The notes: generated from the letters alone by a model not told the origin. Shown: positions 8,999 through 20,201, numbered from the stretch's first letter. The stretch is 64,000 bases of DNA from Bdellovibrionales bacterium (GCA_964230645.1 CAXRHT010000001.1:288001-352000); one strand, 5' to 3'. Program-made: numbers and translations.

Positions 8999-9556
8999 TC
9001 AAACAAATGAATTGGTATCGAATCGATCTTTAAACTCTTTGAATTTATTTAGTTTTACTATCAAGTCCTTAAATGCCACTGGGCTGTGGCCCTCATGATA
9101 CTCGACTCCGTTCTGCATCCATTTTAAAAATAGATATTTGTTAAGGTTCTTGAGCTTGAATACGAGAACTTGTCCATCTAACCTACGTTTCTCGATGTAA
9201 ATCGTACTGATTTCGCTCCACGGTATGAAATATGTTTTCGTGTTGAAGCCCCTGCGCCACACCCCATTTTTTCCAACACGAAGCTCGACTATTTTTGAGG
9301 ATTTGGAAAAAGCTGTCTTGCAGGTGTAAAAAACGATCAATGCTAACATAGGAACGCCAACAAATTTAACGAACCAGTACACAACAATACCTCTGAAAAG
9401 TCCCGATTGGTGTGGCCCATGAGGAACAATCCAAGTATGATAAAATAAAAAAATAAATAATATTGAGAATAAAATTCCAGCAGCAAGAAATCCAATTTTT
9501 GATCTATAAAAGAAAAGGCTTACGTTAGTATCTTTATTCACTTTTCCACCTACCAA
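8999..9556 (-). CDS. Hypothetical membrane protein (2 TM plus small soluble domain), AT-rich
   Basis: Two hydrophobic helices followed by an IPWSEI motif reminiscent of bacterial PH-like domains. The start is uncertain. Confidence 0.55.
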   Translation of the reverse strand: MVGGKVNKDTNVSLFFYRSKIGFLAAGILFSILFIFLFYHTWIVPHGPHQSGLFRGIVVYWFVKFVGVPMLALIVFYTCKTAFSKSSKIVELRVGKNGVWRRGFNTKTYFIPWSEISTIYIEKRRLDGQVLVFKLKNLNKYLFLKWMQNGVEYHEGHSPVAFKDLIVKLNKFKEFKDRFDTNSFV

Positions 9557-9775
9557 AGAATAATTCGTAGTCTAGCTTATTACTAACTATCAGGAAAGAC
9601 CTGTCAATGAGACTTCACTAGTACTCAGAGTTTTCGAGTAGACGGGGTGCGGATTATTATCTACATGATTTTCTTGACAGTTAGTTCCGACAAAAGTTCT
9701 GTCACCCTATTGAAAAAAAGGTTTGTAAGTCATGGGCTTATTTTCAAATAGTCACTAGTGCGTTCTTTCGCAGGA

Positions 9776-9829
9776 AGATTCTTCGCTTCGCTCAGAATGA
9801 CAGTATTGCCCAGAATGACAGTATCGCTC
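9776..9829 (-). repeat. REP-like hairpin cluster 2
   Basis: The minus strand reads GTCATTCTGAGCGAAGCGAAGAATCT (9776-9801), plus 18-bp-period partial copies. Confidence 0.8.
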
Positions 9830-9849
9830 TTTCTTAGATGCAAAATTTT

Positions 9850-11523
9850 TTACACTTGTGTGTACTCAAGACTTTGCGGATTAATACCCGTGCTGTCTTT
9901 TCTTTTCTTGATTTGAATGGCGACAAGTCCCGCTCCGGCGAGTACTAACAGAGCCAAAGCTCCCACTGTGAGAAGCGAATTGTCTTGAGCTTGTTGAACT
10001 TGTGCCACCGGTGCTGGCCCGGGAGTTTCCTCTAAGCCTTCTTCTGGGAAGGGCTCAATATCCGGAACTGGTTCGGGTTCAGGCATGGCGATCTGGGCTT
10101 CCGGTAAAGGAGGCTCCGGCGGAAGACTTCCGCCGTCAGAGAAAGGATCTTCGACAGCCCCCACTCCACCCTCCATTGTGGGCTCATCATCAAGAGTGCC
10201 TGTTTCATCTCCCACCATTTTGGGATCCACATCGGCCACTTCCATTGTGGGAATTTGTTCATTGCCTGTCCAATATTTGAGTTGAAGACCGGCTGGTAGA
10301 ATTGTTTTTGAATCCACTTGCGGGTTAATCGCCCATATCTCTTTCCAACCATCAGCAAAGCCTAAAAGCTTAGAACCCAGACGTCTCATATTGTCGTCTT
10401 TTTCAGTGGTGTAGTACTGCGGAGGTAAACCAATATCGGAGTAATAAATCTTTAAAGCACTGCGATCATCGGGACGATTGGGAGAGTTGTAATAAACTTT
10501 GTCACCCGGATCGATTCCTTTATTTAGATGGGGATTATCTGAAAGAAGTTCTTTGGTCCGATCATCTCTATAAATTTTGTCGGAGATCACTCCCATATCA
10601 TCACCGGGTCTTGCGATATAAACCGCATTGATCAATCTTTCATTTCTAAAAAAGGGATCGGTTTTTATTTTGACCACAGGAATCCAATTGGGTTCCTCAG
10701 GCTCTAATTCATCATCAGGGATAATGGGGTCAGCCATTCCCAAATCTTCATTGGGTACTTCGGGCCCGTTATCCGGTTCAGCCACAGAAATTTCCTGTGT
10801 TTCACTGGTAATAAGGGGTTGCCCTGGAGGCGGAATGGGTGAAGCACCTGGATCGGTGAAGTCGCCCCCTACTACAGGGCCGCCTGCCATGCCAGTATCT
10901 CCCGGCGGAGGATTGCCTTGTCCCATAATCTCTTCAGGAAATTGCGGTTGAGCATTTTCAGCCACGGGGTAATCCCCTTCTCCGTTGATCTCTTTGGCGA
11001 GTGCTTCCTCGTTTTCAGCAAACTTGTCACCACCACCTTCCATATCCTCAAATTCAGCGAACTCATCTTGTTCAAATTCAGAAAACTCGGAGTCACCACC
11101 ACTTTCAAACTCTGAAAAATCGCCCTCTTCAAATTCGGCAAACTCATCTCCGCCGCCATCAAACTCTTCATCAAGACCAGCGAACTCCTCACCTTCCATC
11201 TCGAAGTCCTCGAAGCCTTCTCCTTCAAGATCCCCCTCAAGTTCACTTTCTGCGAACTCCTCAGAATCACCTCCAAAGCCTCCTTCGAACTCCCCTTCAA
11301 AATCTCCGTCCTCCATAACAACATCTTCAAGGTCTGAATCAGAAAGGTCGGAGAGGTCATCAAGATCTCCCATGTCTCCGCTTTCCACTCCTCCTAAATC
11401 ATCGAGCTCGTCTTCGAGTACCGAAGTGTCGTCCTCGCTGGAAGTGCATTGAATAGAAGTGAGCGGCAGAGTTGCGCTTAAGAGAATAACGAACAAAAAT
11501 GAAAACTTGCGATTTTTAAACAT
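9850..11523 (-). CDS. LysM-domain envelope protein with an acidic low-complexity region and a C-terminal TM
   Basis: Signal ending LTSIQC, a D/E/G/F-rich tract, two LysM-like repeats (YIARPGDD...NPHL...IDPGD and YTTEKDD...WAINP...LPAGLQL), a Pro-rich linker and a C-terminal TM followed by KKRK. Confidence 0.7.
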   Translation of the reverse strand: MFKNRKFSFLFVILLSATLPLTSIQCTSSEDDTSVLEDELDDLGGVESGDMGDLDDLSDLSDSDLEDVVMEDGDFEGEFEGGFGGDSEEFAESELEGDLEGEGFEDFEMEGEEFAGLDEEFDGGGDEFAEFEEGDFSEFESGGDSEFSEFEQDEFAEFEDMEGGGDKFAENEEALAKEINGEGDYPVAENAQPQFPEEIMGQGNPPPGDTGMAGGPVVGGDFTDPGASPIPPPGQPLITSETQEISVAEPDNGPEVPNEDLGMADPIIPDDELEPEEPNWIPVVKIKTDPFFRNERLINAVYIARPGDDMGVISDKIYRDDRTKELLSDNPHLNKGIDPGDKVYYNSPNRPDDRSALKIYYSDIGLPPQYYTTEKDDNMRRLGSKLLGFADGWKEIWAINPQVDSKTILPAGLQLKYWTGNEQIPTMEVADVDPKMVGDETGTLDDEPTMEGGVGAVEDPFSDGGSLPPEPPLPEAQIAMPEPEPVPDIEPFPEEGLEETPGPAPVAQVQQAQDNSLLTVGALALLVLAGAGLVAIQIKKRKDSTGINPQSLEYTQV

Positions 11524-11650
11524 AGGTCATTTTATCTATATAATGAAAACAACTCATCCCCTAATTAGGAGGTCTAGACCTTATGCCAGACAAAGGGCCT
11601 GCTAATTTCGTTAAGAAAGAATGCGGCTCTCCAGCTTTAGGATGAAAGGC

Positions 11651-12592
11651 TTAGAGTTTTAGGGTTTGAAAAAAATCTTCAACCGCTTGAAAAGCCGTTT
11701 GCTTTCCTGAGCTGACTTTTGTTTTTAAGTCCTCGAATTTTTTTTGATTCTCTGAGTGCGAGAAAATACGTTGTTTGAGTTGGGCACTGACAAGAGATTC
11801 AAACCAATGCTCTGAGAAATGGGAAGCATCTTGTGTCTTGTTTTTTTGAAAAATGTTTTCGTATTCTTTTTTAACCTCTTCTAAGCCCTGATCTTTTAAA
11901 GCACTACAGGGAAGAATTTTAACAGGCCCTGTTCCCATAATTTTTAAGGCTCCTAAGAGCTGCTGTCTTGTTGCATTAACAATCTCCGGATCGCGATCCG
12001 CTTTGTTGACCACGATCAAATCGACGTATTCTAGAATTCCCTTTTTGATACCCTGCAATTCATCACCCGCTCCAGGGAGTGCTAACAGGGTGAAAATTTC
12101 AACCATTTGAGCCAATTCCACCTCGGACTGCCCCACGCCCACAGACTCAATTAAAATCCATTGATACCCAGCCGCTCCACAGAGCTGTATCACTCCATGA
12201 AGACTACTGGTCACACCACCAAGATGCCCTCTTGTCGGTGAGGGCCGAACAAAGGCTCTCTCGTGTCGGCTGAGATTTTCCATGCGAGTTTTATCTCCCA
12301 GAATGCTCCCTCCTGAGATGCGACTGGAAGGGTCGATGGCAAGAACAGCCACAGAATCGCCTTGCGCTATAAATTTCATTCCCAATTTTTCAATAAAGGT
12401 ACTTTTCCCTACACCGGGTGGCCCAGAAAAACCCAGGCGACGAAATGTATTTTTGTGATCTCTTGTTTTTTCTAAAAGTTCTTTGGCTTTTGGCCAATCC
12501 TCAAGGCGCTGACTTTCCATTAAGGTAATTCCTCGAGCTAAAGCGGTATTTTGACCTTTTAGAATGTCTTTTGCCAGTTGATCGATATTCAA
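11651..12592 (-). CDS. meaB: Methylmalonyl-CoA mutase-associated GTPase MeaB
   Basis: Motifs [45 protein letters not shown] and NKAD. It overlaps the mutase stop. Confidence 0.93.
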   Translation of the reverse strand: MNIDQLAKDILKGQNTALARGITLMESQRLEDWPKAKELLEKTRDHKNTFRRLGFSGPPGVGKSTFIEKLGMKFIAQGDSVAVLAIDPSSRISGGSILGDKTRMENLSRHERAFVRPSPTRGHLGGVTSSLHGVIQLCGAAGYQWILIESVGVGQSEVELAQMVEIFTLLALPGAGDELQGIKKGILEYVDLIVVNKADRDPEIVNATRQQLLGALKIMGTGPVKILPCSALKDQGLEEVKKEYENIFQKNKTQDASHFSEHWFESLVSAQLKQRIFSHSENQKKFEDLKTKVSSGKQTAFQAVEDFFQTLKL

Positions 12593-14724
12593 GAGCTCTG
12601 ACCTTTTTCAATCAGATCAATAAGGTCTATTACTGCATCGGCAATCACAGTGCCTGGACCAAAAATCGCAGCCGCTCCACGCTTTTTTAGTTCTTCATAG
12701 TCCTGAGGTGGAATAACTCCCCCCACAACGATGAGCATATCGTCCCGATCCATATTGGCTAACTCTTTTTTGACCGCCGGCACAAGTCTTAAGTGACCGG
12801 CCGCTAAACTCGACATACCAAGAATATGAACATCATTTTCGACGGCTTGCTTGGCTGACTCTTCGGGTGTTTGAAACAAAGGACCAATATCCACATCAAA
12901 CCCAAGATCGGCAAAAGCTGTGGCCACCACTTTTTGTCCGCGATCATGGCCATCTTGACCCATTTTGGCTAAAAGAATTCGAGGTGGTCTTCCTTCTTTT
13001 TTAGTAAAGTTCGCAACTCTCTCTTTGGCTTTTTGGAAATTTTTAATTTCACCACTCATCTCGGATTGATAAACTCCTGTTAGACCTTGGATGTTTGCCT
13101 GATGACGACCAAAAACTTTTTCCATCGCCATACTCATCTCACCCAGTGTGGCTTGATGTCTGGCACATTCCACACAGGCTTTCAAAAGATTGTCCCCATT
13201 CTCGGCGGCTTTCGTCAATGCTTGCAGGGATTTTTCAACAGCTATCTTGTCACGACCTGCTTTGAGCTCTTCGAGTTGCTTGAGCTGACTGGCTAAGACT
13301 TTATCGTTGTCGACTTTCAGCACAGGAATTTCTTCATCTTCCTGAAGAGCAAGGACATTCACTCCCACAACAGCTTGTTTGCCAGAATCAATACGCGCTT
13401 GAGTGCGAGCGGCCGCTTCTTCAATCTTTAATTTTGGTAAGCCTTGTTCGATGGCCTTAGCCATACCGCCAAGCTCTTCCACTTCGGCCATATGTTTTTT
13501 GGCTTTTTCATATATGTCCATGGTGAGACCTTCGATAAAATAACTGCCTCCCCACGGATCGACGGTATCTGTTAAGCCACATTCATTTTGTAAAAACAGT
13601 TGCGTGTTTCTGGCAATTCGAGCACTAAAATCCGTCGGCAGAGCCAGAGCTTCATCCAAAGAATTGGTGTGAAGTGACTGGGTCCCACCGTAAGTGGCCG
13701 CCATCGCTTCAATACAAGTTCTGGTGACATTATTAAAAACGTCTTTAGCTGTAAGACTCCACCCTGAAGTTTGGCAATGTGTGCGCAAACAGGTGGACTT
13801 GGAATTTTGTGGTTTAAACTCTTGCATCAGTTCAGCCCACAGCATACGGGCGGCCCGCAATTTTGCCACCTCCACATAAAAATTCATCCCTATAGCAAAG
13901 AAAAAAGACAGCCTTGGTGCAAAGTCATCCACATTGAGGCCCGAGGCCACGCCTGTTCGAACGTACTCAATTCCGTCAGCCAAAGTGTAAGCCAATTCCA
14001 GATCGGGGGTCGCTCCCGCTTCTTGCATATGATAGCCCGAAATACTGATGCTATTAAATTTGGGCATATGTTCTGAGGTATAGGCAAAGATATCCGAGAT
14101 GATCCGCATGGAAGGTTGAGGCGGATATATGTATGTGTTTCGAACCATGAACTCTTTTAAAATATCATTTTGTATGGTCCCAGAAAGCTCCTCTTGTTTC
14201 ACTCCCTGCTCTTCGGCTGCCACAATATACAAAGCCAGTACGGGAAGAACGGCCCCATTCATGGTCATGGAAACACTCATCTTATCAAGGGGAATCCCAG
14301 AGAAAAGCGTGCGCATGTCGATGATTGAATCCACGGCCACTCCGGCCATGCCGACATCGGCCATCACTCTTGGATGATCAGAGTCATATCCACGGTGGGT
14401 CGCTAAATCAAAGGCGACCGATAAACCCTTTTGGCCAGCGGCTAAATTGCGTCGATAAAAAGCGTTACTCTCTTTTGCCGTTGAAAATCCCGCGTACTGA
14501 CGAATCGTCCAAGGACGTCCTGTGTACATAGAACCATAAGGCCCTTTGAGATAAGGAAACTCCCCAGCGACAGTGTCCACATAGGGATTGCGATTGCGAT
14601 CCTCGCGAGTGTAATTTTCTTTCCACAAAAAACCCTCCGGAGTTTCCCAAGTGTTTTCAGAGGTACTTTTTTCTTTTTGAGAATCACTTTTCCAAGAGAT
14701 CTTTTGAAAGCTATTGGTTTTCAT
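12589..14724 (-). CDS. scpA: Methylmalonyl-CoA mutase, catalytic B12-binding subunit
   Basis: Motifs [27 protein letters not shown] and RIARNTQ, and the B12 motif [10 protein letters not shown]...SSLAAGH. Confidence 0.96.
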   Translation of the reverse strand: MKTNSFQKISWKSDSQKEKSTSENTWETPEGFLWKENYTREDRNRNPYVDTVAGEFPYLKGPYGSMYTGRPWTIRQYAGFSTAKESNAFYRRNLAAGQKGLSVAFDLATHRGYDSDHPRVMADVGMAGVAVDSIIDMRTLFSGIPLDKMSVSMTMNGAVLPVLALYIVAAEEQGVKQEELSGTIQNDILKEFMVRNTYIYPPQPSMRIISDIFAYTSEHMPKFNSISISGYHMQEAGATPDLELAYTLADGIEYVRTGVASGLNVDDFAPRLSFFFAIGMNFYVEVAKLRAARMLWAELMQEFKPQNSKSTCLRTHCQTSGWSLTAKDVFNNVTRTCIEAMAATYGGTQSLHTNSLDEALALPTDFSARIARNTQLFLQNECGLTDTVDPWGGSYFIEGLTMDIYEKAKKHMAEVEELGGMAKAIEQGLPKLKIEEAAARTQARIDSGKQAVVGVNVLALQEDEEIPVLKVDNDKVLASQLKQLEELKAGRDKIAVEKSLQALTKAAENGDNLLKACVECARHQATLGEMSMAMEKVFGRHQANIQGLTGVYQSEMSGEIKNFQKAKERVANFTKKEGRPPRILLAKMGQDGHDRGQKVVATAFADLGFDVDIGPLFQTPEESAKQAVENDVHILGMSSLAAGHLRLVPAVKKELANMDRDDMLIVVGGVIPPQDYEELKKRGAAAIFGPGTVIADAVIDLIDLIEKGQSS

Positions 14725-16256
14725 AGGGAATCCTCCAGTTGCCTGAATACGAATTGGAAAAATTCATCAACAGGTTGTTTTGGATTTAAGCAGTAAGAAA
14801 AAGGTTCCACTCTTTTTTCTCCACCCCAGACGAGATGGGGGTGAAGTTTTTCAGGGGTGTCTTTAAAAACTTTTTTAACGAATTCTCCCTCTGGATCACC
14901 AGCGAGCACAACAACGAAAGGTTCCTCACCGAGATTTTCTAGTTTCACCTCTTTGATCCCAAGGGCAGCCAGTCCGAAAAACTCACTCACTGCACTCCAT
15001 TTTTTGGCCATCACTTGTGACGACTCTACCAACACAGGAATCTCGCAACTATCGGCCTGTTTGGCATTCCACTCATCCCCTTTGAATTGCCATTTCTCAA
15101 AACTGTTCACTAAGCTATGGGGAACATAGCGCTCGACCTGACAAAGATTTTCCGCCGAGTCGAGGTTCATCCATGTGGCCCACCAATTCTCAAGACTGAC
15201 TTTTTCATCTTTTTCAACCAGGGGATATTCTTTGTTGAGTGATTTTTTAAGAACGTACTGATTGACTCCGGTCATCTTTTTTTCACGGGTTAAAAACTTT
15301 TGAGTTTGGATTTTTTGATGTTCCTGAATTTGACTATGGAGCCAGCCCGAACGAAGACAGGCTCTGAGCCCCTCTTTGTTCTCAATCTCTTGAAAAAGGG
15401 CCCAAGCTTCATCACAAAACTGATCGGCCTTTTCCTGTTCAAAAAAGCTGCCTTGCGTGGGATTGTTTAATTTATTCAAGTGAGATTCTCTTCTTAAGAT
15501 CTCAGTAATATTGCGAGAGACGCGGGCTCCTTCCGCTTTTGAAAAAAGATCAAAAGGAAGACTCACATGTCCTTTAGCCCCACTCATTAAAGCGGCTGAA
15601 TGCATGGAAGTTAAACGTAAAATATTGTTCCAAGGCTCTCGGCACGCCAAGACACGAACATCAGGAACGGTGAAAAACTCAATGTCGTGATTCTCAATTC
15701 CAATGACGTCGTGAACGCGATGAACTAAAGTTTTAAAAGCACGAAGAAGGCTTAGATTTTCGAACAAATTGCTTCCAATGGCGATTTCAAAAGAAAGGGC
15801 TTGGGCCAATTCTTCTTTGGGCACCTCGCCTTCATAGTCTCGGTAGACTTGCAGCAAAGAGGATAAAAGAATAGCGAGATCTTGAGAGGGGCTTGATCCA
15901 CATATTCTATAAGCAAGACTTGAGAGTCGAAATACACGCGCTTGTTTTTCAGCGGCCTTTTTAAAATGCTCTTTTGAAAGATGAGATTTAAAAAGTTGCG
16001 ATTGCCACAAACCCAAACTGTACGGATCAATACCAAGGTTGATTTCTGTAAAGGCACTGTTCTCAAGGATTTCTTTGTGCCACTTCTGCCAATGGGGGGA
16101 GGTTTGCACAAAAGCAAAGAGCTCTTTTTGTCTTTCAACCTTCTCCCAATCGGAACTTAATATTTGCCCCACATTTTCGGAAGTCTCAATCAGCCCCGTT
16201 TCCTCTGACCTTTGAATATTAAAAAAGGGCTTGGGACCATCCAATTGATTCGTCAT
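14721..16256 (-). CDS. Methylmalonyl-CoA mutase small (non-catalytic) subunit, divergent
   Basis: [16 protein letters not shown]...[23 protein letters not shown] and TGVNQY resemble MutA. It is translationally coupled to scpA. Confidence 0.75.
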   Translation of the reverse strand: MTNQLDGPKPFFNIQRSEETGLIETSENVGQILSSDWEKVERQKELFAFVQTSPHWQKWHKEILENSAFTEINLGIDPYSLGLWQSQLFKSHLSKEHFKKAAEKQARVFRLSSLAYRICGSSPSQDLAILLSSLLQVYRDYEGEVPKEELAQALSFEIAIGSNLFENLSLLRAFKTLVHRVHDVIGIENHDIEFFTVPDVRVLACREPWNNILRLTSMHSAALMSGAKGHVSLPFDLFSKAEGARVSRNITEILRRESHLNKLNNPTQGSFFEQEKADQFCDEAWALFQEIENKEGLRACLRSGWLHSQIQEHQKIQTQKFLTREKKMTGVNQYVLKKSLNKEYPLVEKDEKVSLENWWATWMNLDSAENLCQVERYVPHSLVNSFEKWQFKGDEWNAKQADSCEIPVLVESSQVMAKKWSAVSEFFGLAALGIKEVKLENLGEEPFVVVLAGDPEGEFVKKVFKDTPEKLHPHLVWGGEKRVEPFSYCLNPKQPVDEFFQFVFRQLEDSL

Positions 16257-16419
16257 GGCACTCTCCTCAGCTCAAGGCCTCCTTTCTACCAAAATGAGAC
16301 AAAAAAGGAACTCTCGCACCGTTCCAGTTTTCTCCTCACAAAAATGGTCAAAGAATTTCAAGTTTTTAGAGCATTTGACGATAGGGAATTTAACAATCTT
16401 ATTGCATAAAAAAACACCT

Positions 16420-16983
16420 ATGATGAGCCAACTGAACCACCCATTTGATACCTCTCACCCTCTTATGGAACCCCTTTGGGTACAATCATCTCAAATTGAA
16501 ATGAGTACTTGGCTCCTAAGCCCACAGTTGATCATGATTTTCTTTATCCTTTCAGGCCTCACTCAGTATTGGATAGTGAATCGTCGCAGACGCGCCTATC
16601 CGCAACTTCAAAGAAATAAGCGTTGTAAACTCTCCATTCCCCTAGTGATCAACACCCCCATCACTCAAGAGTTCTCCGTTCGAACCTTTGACATTTCTCT
16701 ATCTGGTGCTTTTTTAAGTTATGACGATCTAAAACACAGTATGTCGTTCACAAGTCTTGTAGGACGCCGAAATGGGATAAAAGTAGGAGACCTTGTCGAC
16801 GTGAGTGTGTTCACGGGCCGCTTTAGCCAGTTCACCTGCCAAGCCCGCGTGATCCGCTACAACCTGGAGCCCGGCACCATGCCCCCTCCCGGTATTGCCA
16901 TTGAGTTCGTCAATATGAGCAAAAAAAACCGACGCGTTTTACAAAACCTTATCGACCGCGAACTCCTACCCAAAGCCAGTTAA
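16420..16983 (+). CDS. Membrane-anchored PilZ-domain protein
   Basis: One TM, then QRNKR...DISLSGAF...GIAIEF. The start is uncertain; the ORF is open from 16255. Confidence 0.75.
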   Translation: MMSQLNHPFDTSHPLMEPLWVQSSQIEMSTWLLSPQLIMIFFILSGLTQYWIVNRRRRAYPQLQRNKRCKLSIPLVINTPITQEFSVRTFDISLSGAFLSYDDLKHSMSFTSLVGRRNGIKVGDLVDVSVFTGRFSQFTCQARVIRYNLEPGTMPPPGIAIEFVNMSKKNRRVLQNLIDRELLPKAS

Positions 16984-16990
16984 AAAAAGC

Positions 16991-17262
16991 CACCCGCGTC
17001 ACCCCAGGGTACCTGCTTCCCGATGGTAGCGCTCATGCGTCACAAAGATGAACGACATCGGCTGTGCACAGCTAAAAGGTCCTGCCCCCCTAAGTGGAAC
17101 TCTCAATAAAAAAACAAGTCTGGATTCAATCAATATCTTCGAAATGAACTCAACTGATCCTATACGGTCAGCATGAACATCTTTGCATTTTTCTCGGGAA
17201 CGTGGACGGATAACGCGTATTAGCTACCATTGGGAAGCAGGTACCATGGGGTGACGCGGGTG
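16991..17262. mobile_element. 272-bp element with 40-bp terminal inverted repeats (MITE- or REPIN-like)
   Basis: 16991-17030 matches the reverse complement of 17223-17262 at 38 of 40 positions. A third partial copy, GGGAAGCAGGTACC, lies at 17273-17286. Confidence 0.55.
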
Positions 17263-17285
17263 AGTTACCTTTGGGAAGCAGGTAC

Positions 17286-20201
17286 CTATTGGTGACGTTT
17301 TTTGTGGAATTTTAGGCGACGCTTGTGATTGCTTGTCACCGAGTCGATGCTGCGATCGGGAAAGGTGTCCTCTTCTATGACTGGGAAGGCACATTGGGTA
17401 GAGAACAAGCGATGCATACGAAAAGTCGAATACATCTGCCCCATCGATCTTTCAGCGGCAATTGTTTTGTCTTCTAGCTGCCAAGCCTCACCGGTAAAGA
17501 GATTGTAACGATTGTCTCTAAAGTAGTCATAAATCGGTTCGGTCACAGACTCGTTACAGTAAAGTTTTCTCACCCAATAACAAAAAAAGACTTCATTAGC
17601 GTCAAGATCACTGGGTACTTCGTCACTTTCTACGGCTTGATTAATCCCTGAACCTTGGCTTCGTAAATTTTTAGCAATGGCCAAACACTCTGGCGGTTGA
17701 TCAGAGCCCAAGGATGCTACGAGAGGCTCATGTCGCTCCTTCAAAGTTGTTTTAATAAGATCAATATGACTGTCTCGATTCACTTGAGCCAAAGCACTGA
17801 ATACTTTGAGCACATCGTGAGCATTGGCCTCTGTATTATTATAGGCACGATTTTCCATAAACTGGAGAAGAAGTGTCGCAAAGGAGGCTGTCTCTAAATC
17901 TAAGTTTCCAGAAGGAATACTTCCGCCACCAAGCAAATGAATAAATAATTTTCTCGCAATACAATGAGAGATCTCTTCATTGGAGAGCTCATCACTTCCG
18001 GTGGCCGACCACTTCGAACCGCATCGCCCTTCAAAAAGATTGCGGTTATCAGGAATTAATGTGGGTCGTTTTTCGCGAATCAGCTCGGCAATCATTGAGC
18101 GAAAATGCTCTTCGGCACGATTAAGTTCCTCGCCTTTAGCGATTCCGTAAGGAGACTCACGATCAAAAAGTGCAAAAACCGATTGAATGTAATAAGTCAC
18201 TGAAACAATGAAACGAATTTCACCGAGGTCATAAGGTTTACTCGTTAAAACTCCTGCTCTTGATGCATATTCCATGGACTCCAAGTAATCACGTCTGGTT
18301 TGAGCATCAGCTTCAGACCAGAAGTCCCGAATAATAGGAAGGTGATCAAAGAAACGTGCATAATTATCGAAAAGAAAAGATTTAAAACACTGCTTCTCTG
18401 TAACGGGGCGATGATGAACATCGGTGTAGTCTTCAAGGTGACAGGAGTCAGGAATGTCCTCATAGATTTTATCGGCCAACTGACCCGAGTTGAGAGCCAC
18501 TGTGACATACTCATAGCCCTCATAAAAATCCATATCGGCGTCATTTTGCATTTGGGTTGAAAAGTTATTTCCTTCCAGAAAAGCCTTGTTCCCAGAGTCG
18601 TAGACCCTAGAGTCCATAAAAGCCATTTCCACCCCAAGGATCCGCAAGACCTCATAAATCTCTTGAGCTTGAGCTTCAGAGATGGCGAAGTTATTTGGAT
18701 TGGTTTTATCCACGTTAAAGGGCTTCATGAAAACTTCAACGAGGAGAAACAGTGAATTAGACACTGTCATTTCATTGTATGTAAACTGAGTCATATTTTG
18801 AGAAAAAAGCACACGGTTGGATTCATCCCATTGATGCAACGAAATTTCTTTTAAAGCATTGGTCCATTCAACCAATAAAGGATTTTCCGCATAAGGGCTC
18901 TCTAACTCCACCAATGAAACCGTGTCGCCGGGTGACAACTCAGCGAGCTCATTAGCTAATCTTTGGCGCTCCATCCACTTCCCAAACATTTGCTTGAGGT
19001 AAACGACTTTGTTTCGAGTTAGAGCTGCATCTCCCTGATTACTAGGGTCGAACCATTTTTCGGAAAGATCTTCCATGAAAACGCTCAAGGTTGATGAGGA
19101 CAGACTTCCTGTCATGAGGCCCGCTGTGTCGAGAGCCATAATGAGATCATGGATTTTGTAGTAAGGTATTTTCTGATCTTCTCTGGTTTGAATCGCATAG
19201 GTCAGAACCACTTCTGCCATTTGAACCATGTCAGCAACAGCTTCTAAAGAAACTGTTTTTAGCTGAGAGGAGTCATGCAGAAAGGAAGGAATGCGCGTCA
19301 AAAATGAAGCCACATGGCCGATGTTGGTAAAGATTGATTTTTCATCTTGTCCCTTTACAAAGTACTCAAATTGAGCGATCGCCTCATAGGTCACGATTCC
19401 CTGACGAACAAAAAAAGATAAATTGTTTCGATAAAGCTCTCCTCCGGTATCATCAAGAGCCATATTTTTAAATGCTACTACAAGAGGGATCATTTTCATC
19501 TTGTCTTCATAGCTATCAAAGAACATTTCCTTAAAAATAAAACTTAGAACGTCCTCCATCGAAATACTGCGATGACCCCGGTAATCGTTAAGAGTATTAA
19601 GCAGTGTTCCTACCTCTGCTTTAAAAACAGCAAAGGCTTCTTTGAAACGAGCATAATCTTCAGGAGTTCTATCAAGACTTTCTTTTTGTAAGAGCACCTG
19701 TCGATGGGGTAGTATTTTTTTAAGGAGCTCTCCCACCTGAGGAATAATGTCTTTAATGATCTCCAACTCTTCTTTAGTGAACGTATCTGTGGTTCCACCT
19801 ATTAGAAAACCTTTAATCTTTACGTATTCAGTTACCTGCTGAAGGGAGAGATTAATATTGGAATAAAACTCAGTGATAAAATTATGGAAAATATCGGGAG
19901 TGTATCCCCTCACACCAGAGCGACCACTGGTAGTATTCTTATTGAACGAGGTAATCGCTTCTTGATAACACTCAACAGTGCGGTCGATATTTTGCTCAGT
20001 AACCACATCGGCGCGATCTCCGTCAAAATAGGAACTCAAAACGGTGTTGGCACTGGAAAGGCAGCCTCCCACCTGATCATCAAAGTTTACCTCTGTTTCT
20101 ATTTGTTTCTCATCAAAAAAGTAAGAACATTGGTTGATGCCTAAAACAAGGGTAATCAGAAATAAAATGTGAGTCATTTGCTTCAATGTTTTAGAACGCA
20201 T
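17286..20201 (-). CDS. Large hypothetical exported, probably lipoprotein, helical protein (~970 aa)
   Basis: Long ORF whose N-terminal hydrophobic stretch ends LGINQC; it overlaps the upstream gene. Confidence 0.7.
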   Translation of the reverse strand: MRSKTLKQMTHILFLITLVLGINQCSYFFDEKQIETEVNFDDQVGGCLSSANTVLSSYFDGDRADVVTEQNIDRTVECYQEAITSFNKNTTSGRSGVRGYTPDIFHNFITEFYSNINLSLQQVTEYVKIKGFLIGGTTDTFTKEELEIIKDIIPQVGELLKKILPHRQVLLQKESLDRTPEDYARFKEAFAVFKAEVGTLLNTLNDYRGHRSISMEDVLSFIFKEMFFDSYEDKMKMIPLVVAFKNMALDDTGGELYRNNLSFFVRQGIVTYEAIAQFEYFVKGQDEKSIFTNIGHVASFLTRIPSFLHDSSQLKTVSLEAVADMVQMAEVVLTYAIQTREDQKIPYYKIHDLIMALDTAGLMTGSLSSSTLSVFMEDLSEKWFDPSNQGDAALTRNKVVYLKQMFGKWMERQRLANELAELSPGDTVSLVELESPYAENPLLVEWTNALKEISLHQWDESNRVLFSQNMTQFTYNEMTVSNSLFLLVEVFMKPFNVDKTNPNNFAISEAQAQEIYEVLRILGVEMAFMDSRVYDSGNKAFLEGNNFSTQMQNDADMDFYEGYEYVTVALNSGQLADKIYEDIPDSCHLEDYTDVHHRPVTEKQCFKSFLFDNYARFFDHLPIIRDFWSEADAQTRRDYLESMEYASRAGVLTSKPYDLGEIRFIVSVTYYIQSVFALFDRESPYGIAKGEELNRAEEHFRSMIAELIREKRPTLIPDNRNLFEGRCGSKWSATGSDELSNEEISHCIARKLFIHLLGGGSIPSGNLDLETASFATLLLQFMENRAYNNTEANAHDVLKVFSALAQVNRDSHIDLIKTTLKERHEPLVASLGSDQPPECLAIAKNLRSQGSGINQAVESDEVPSDLDANEVFFCYWVRKLYCNESVTEPIYDYFRDNRYNLFTGEAWQLEDKTIAAERSMGQMYSTFRMHRLFSTQCAFPVIEEDTFPDRSIDSVTSNHKRRLKFHKKRHQ

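Noticed and set aside
10872..11452. Ser-rich and other overlapping ORFs
   Set aside because: They are shadows of the acidic low-complexity tract of the LysM gene.
16255..16419. N-terminal extension of the PilZ ORF
   Set aside because: It would overlap the divergent mutase start and leave no promoter space, so a later ATG is more plausible.
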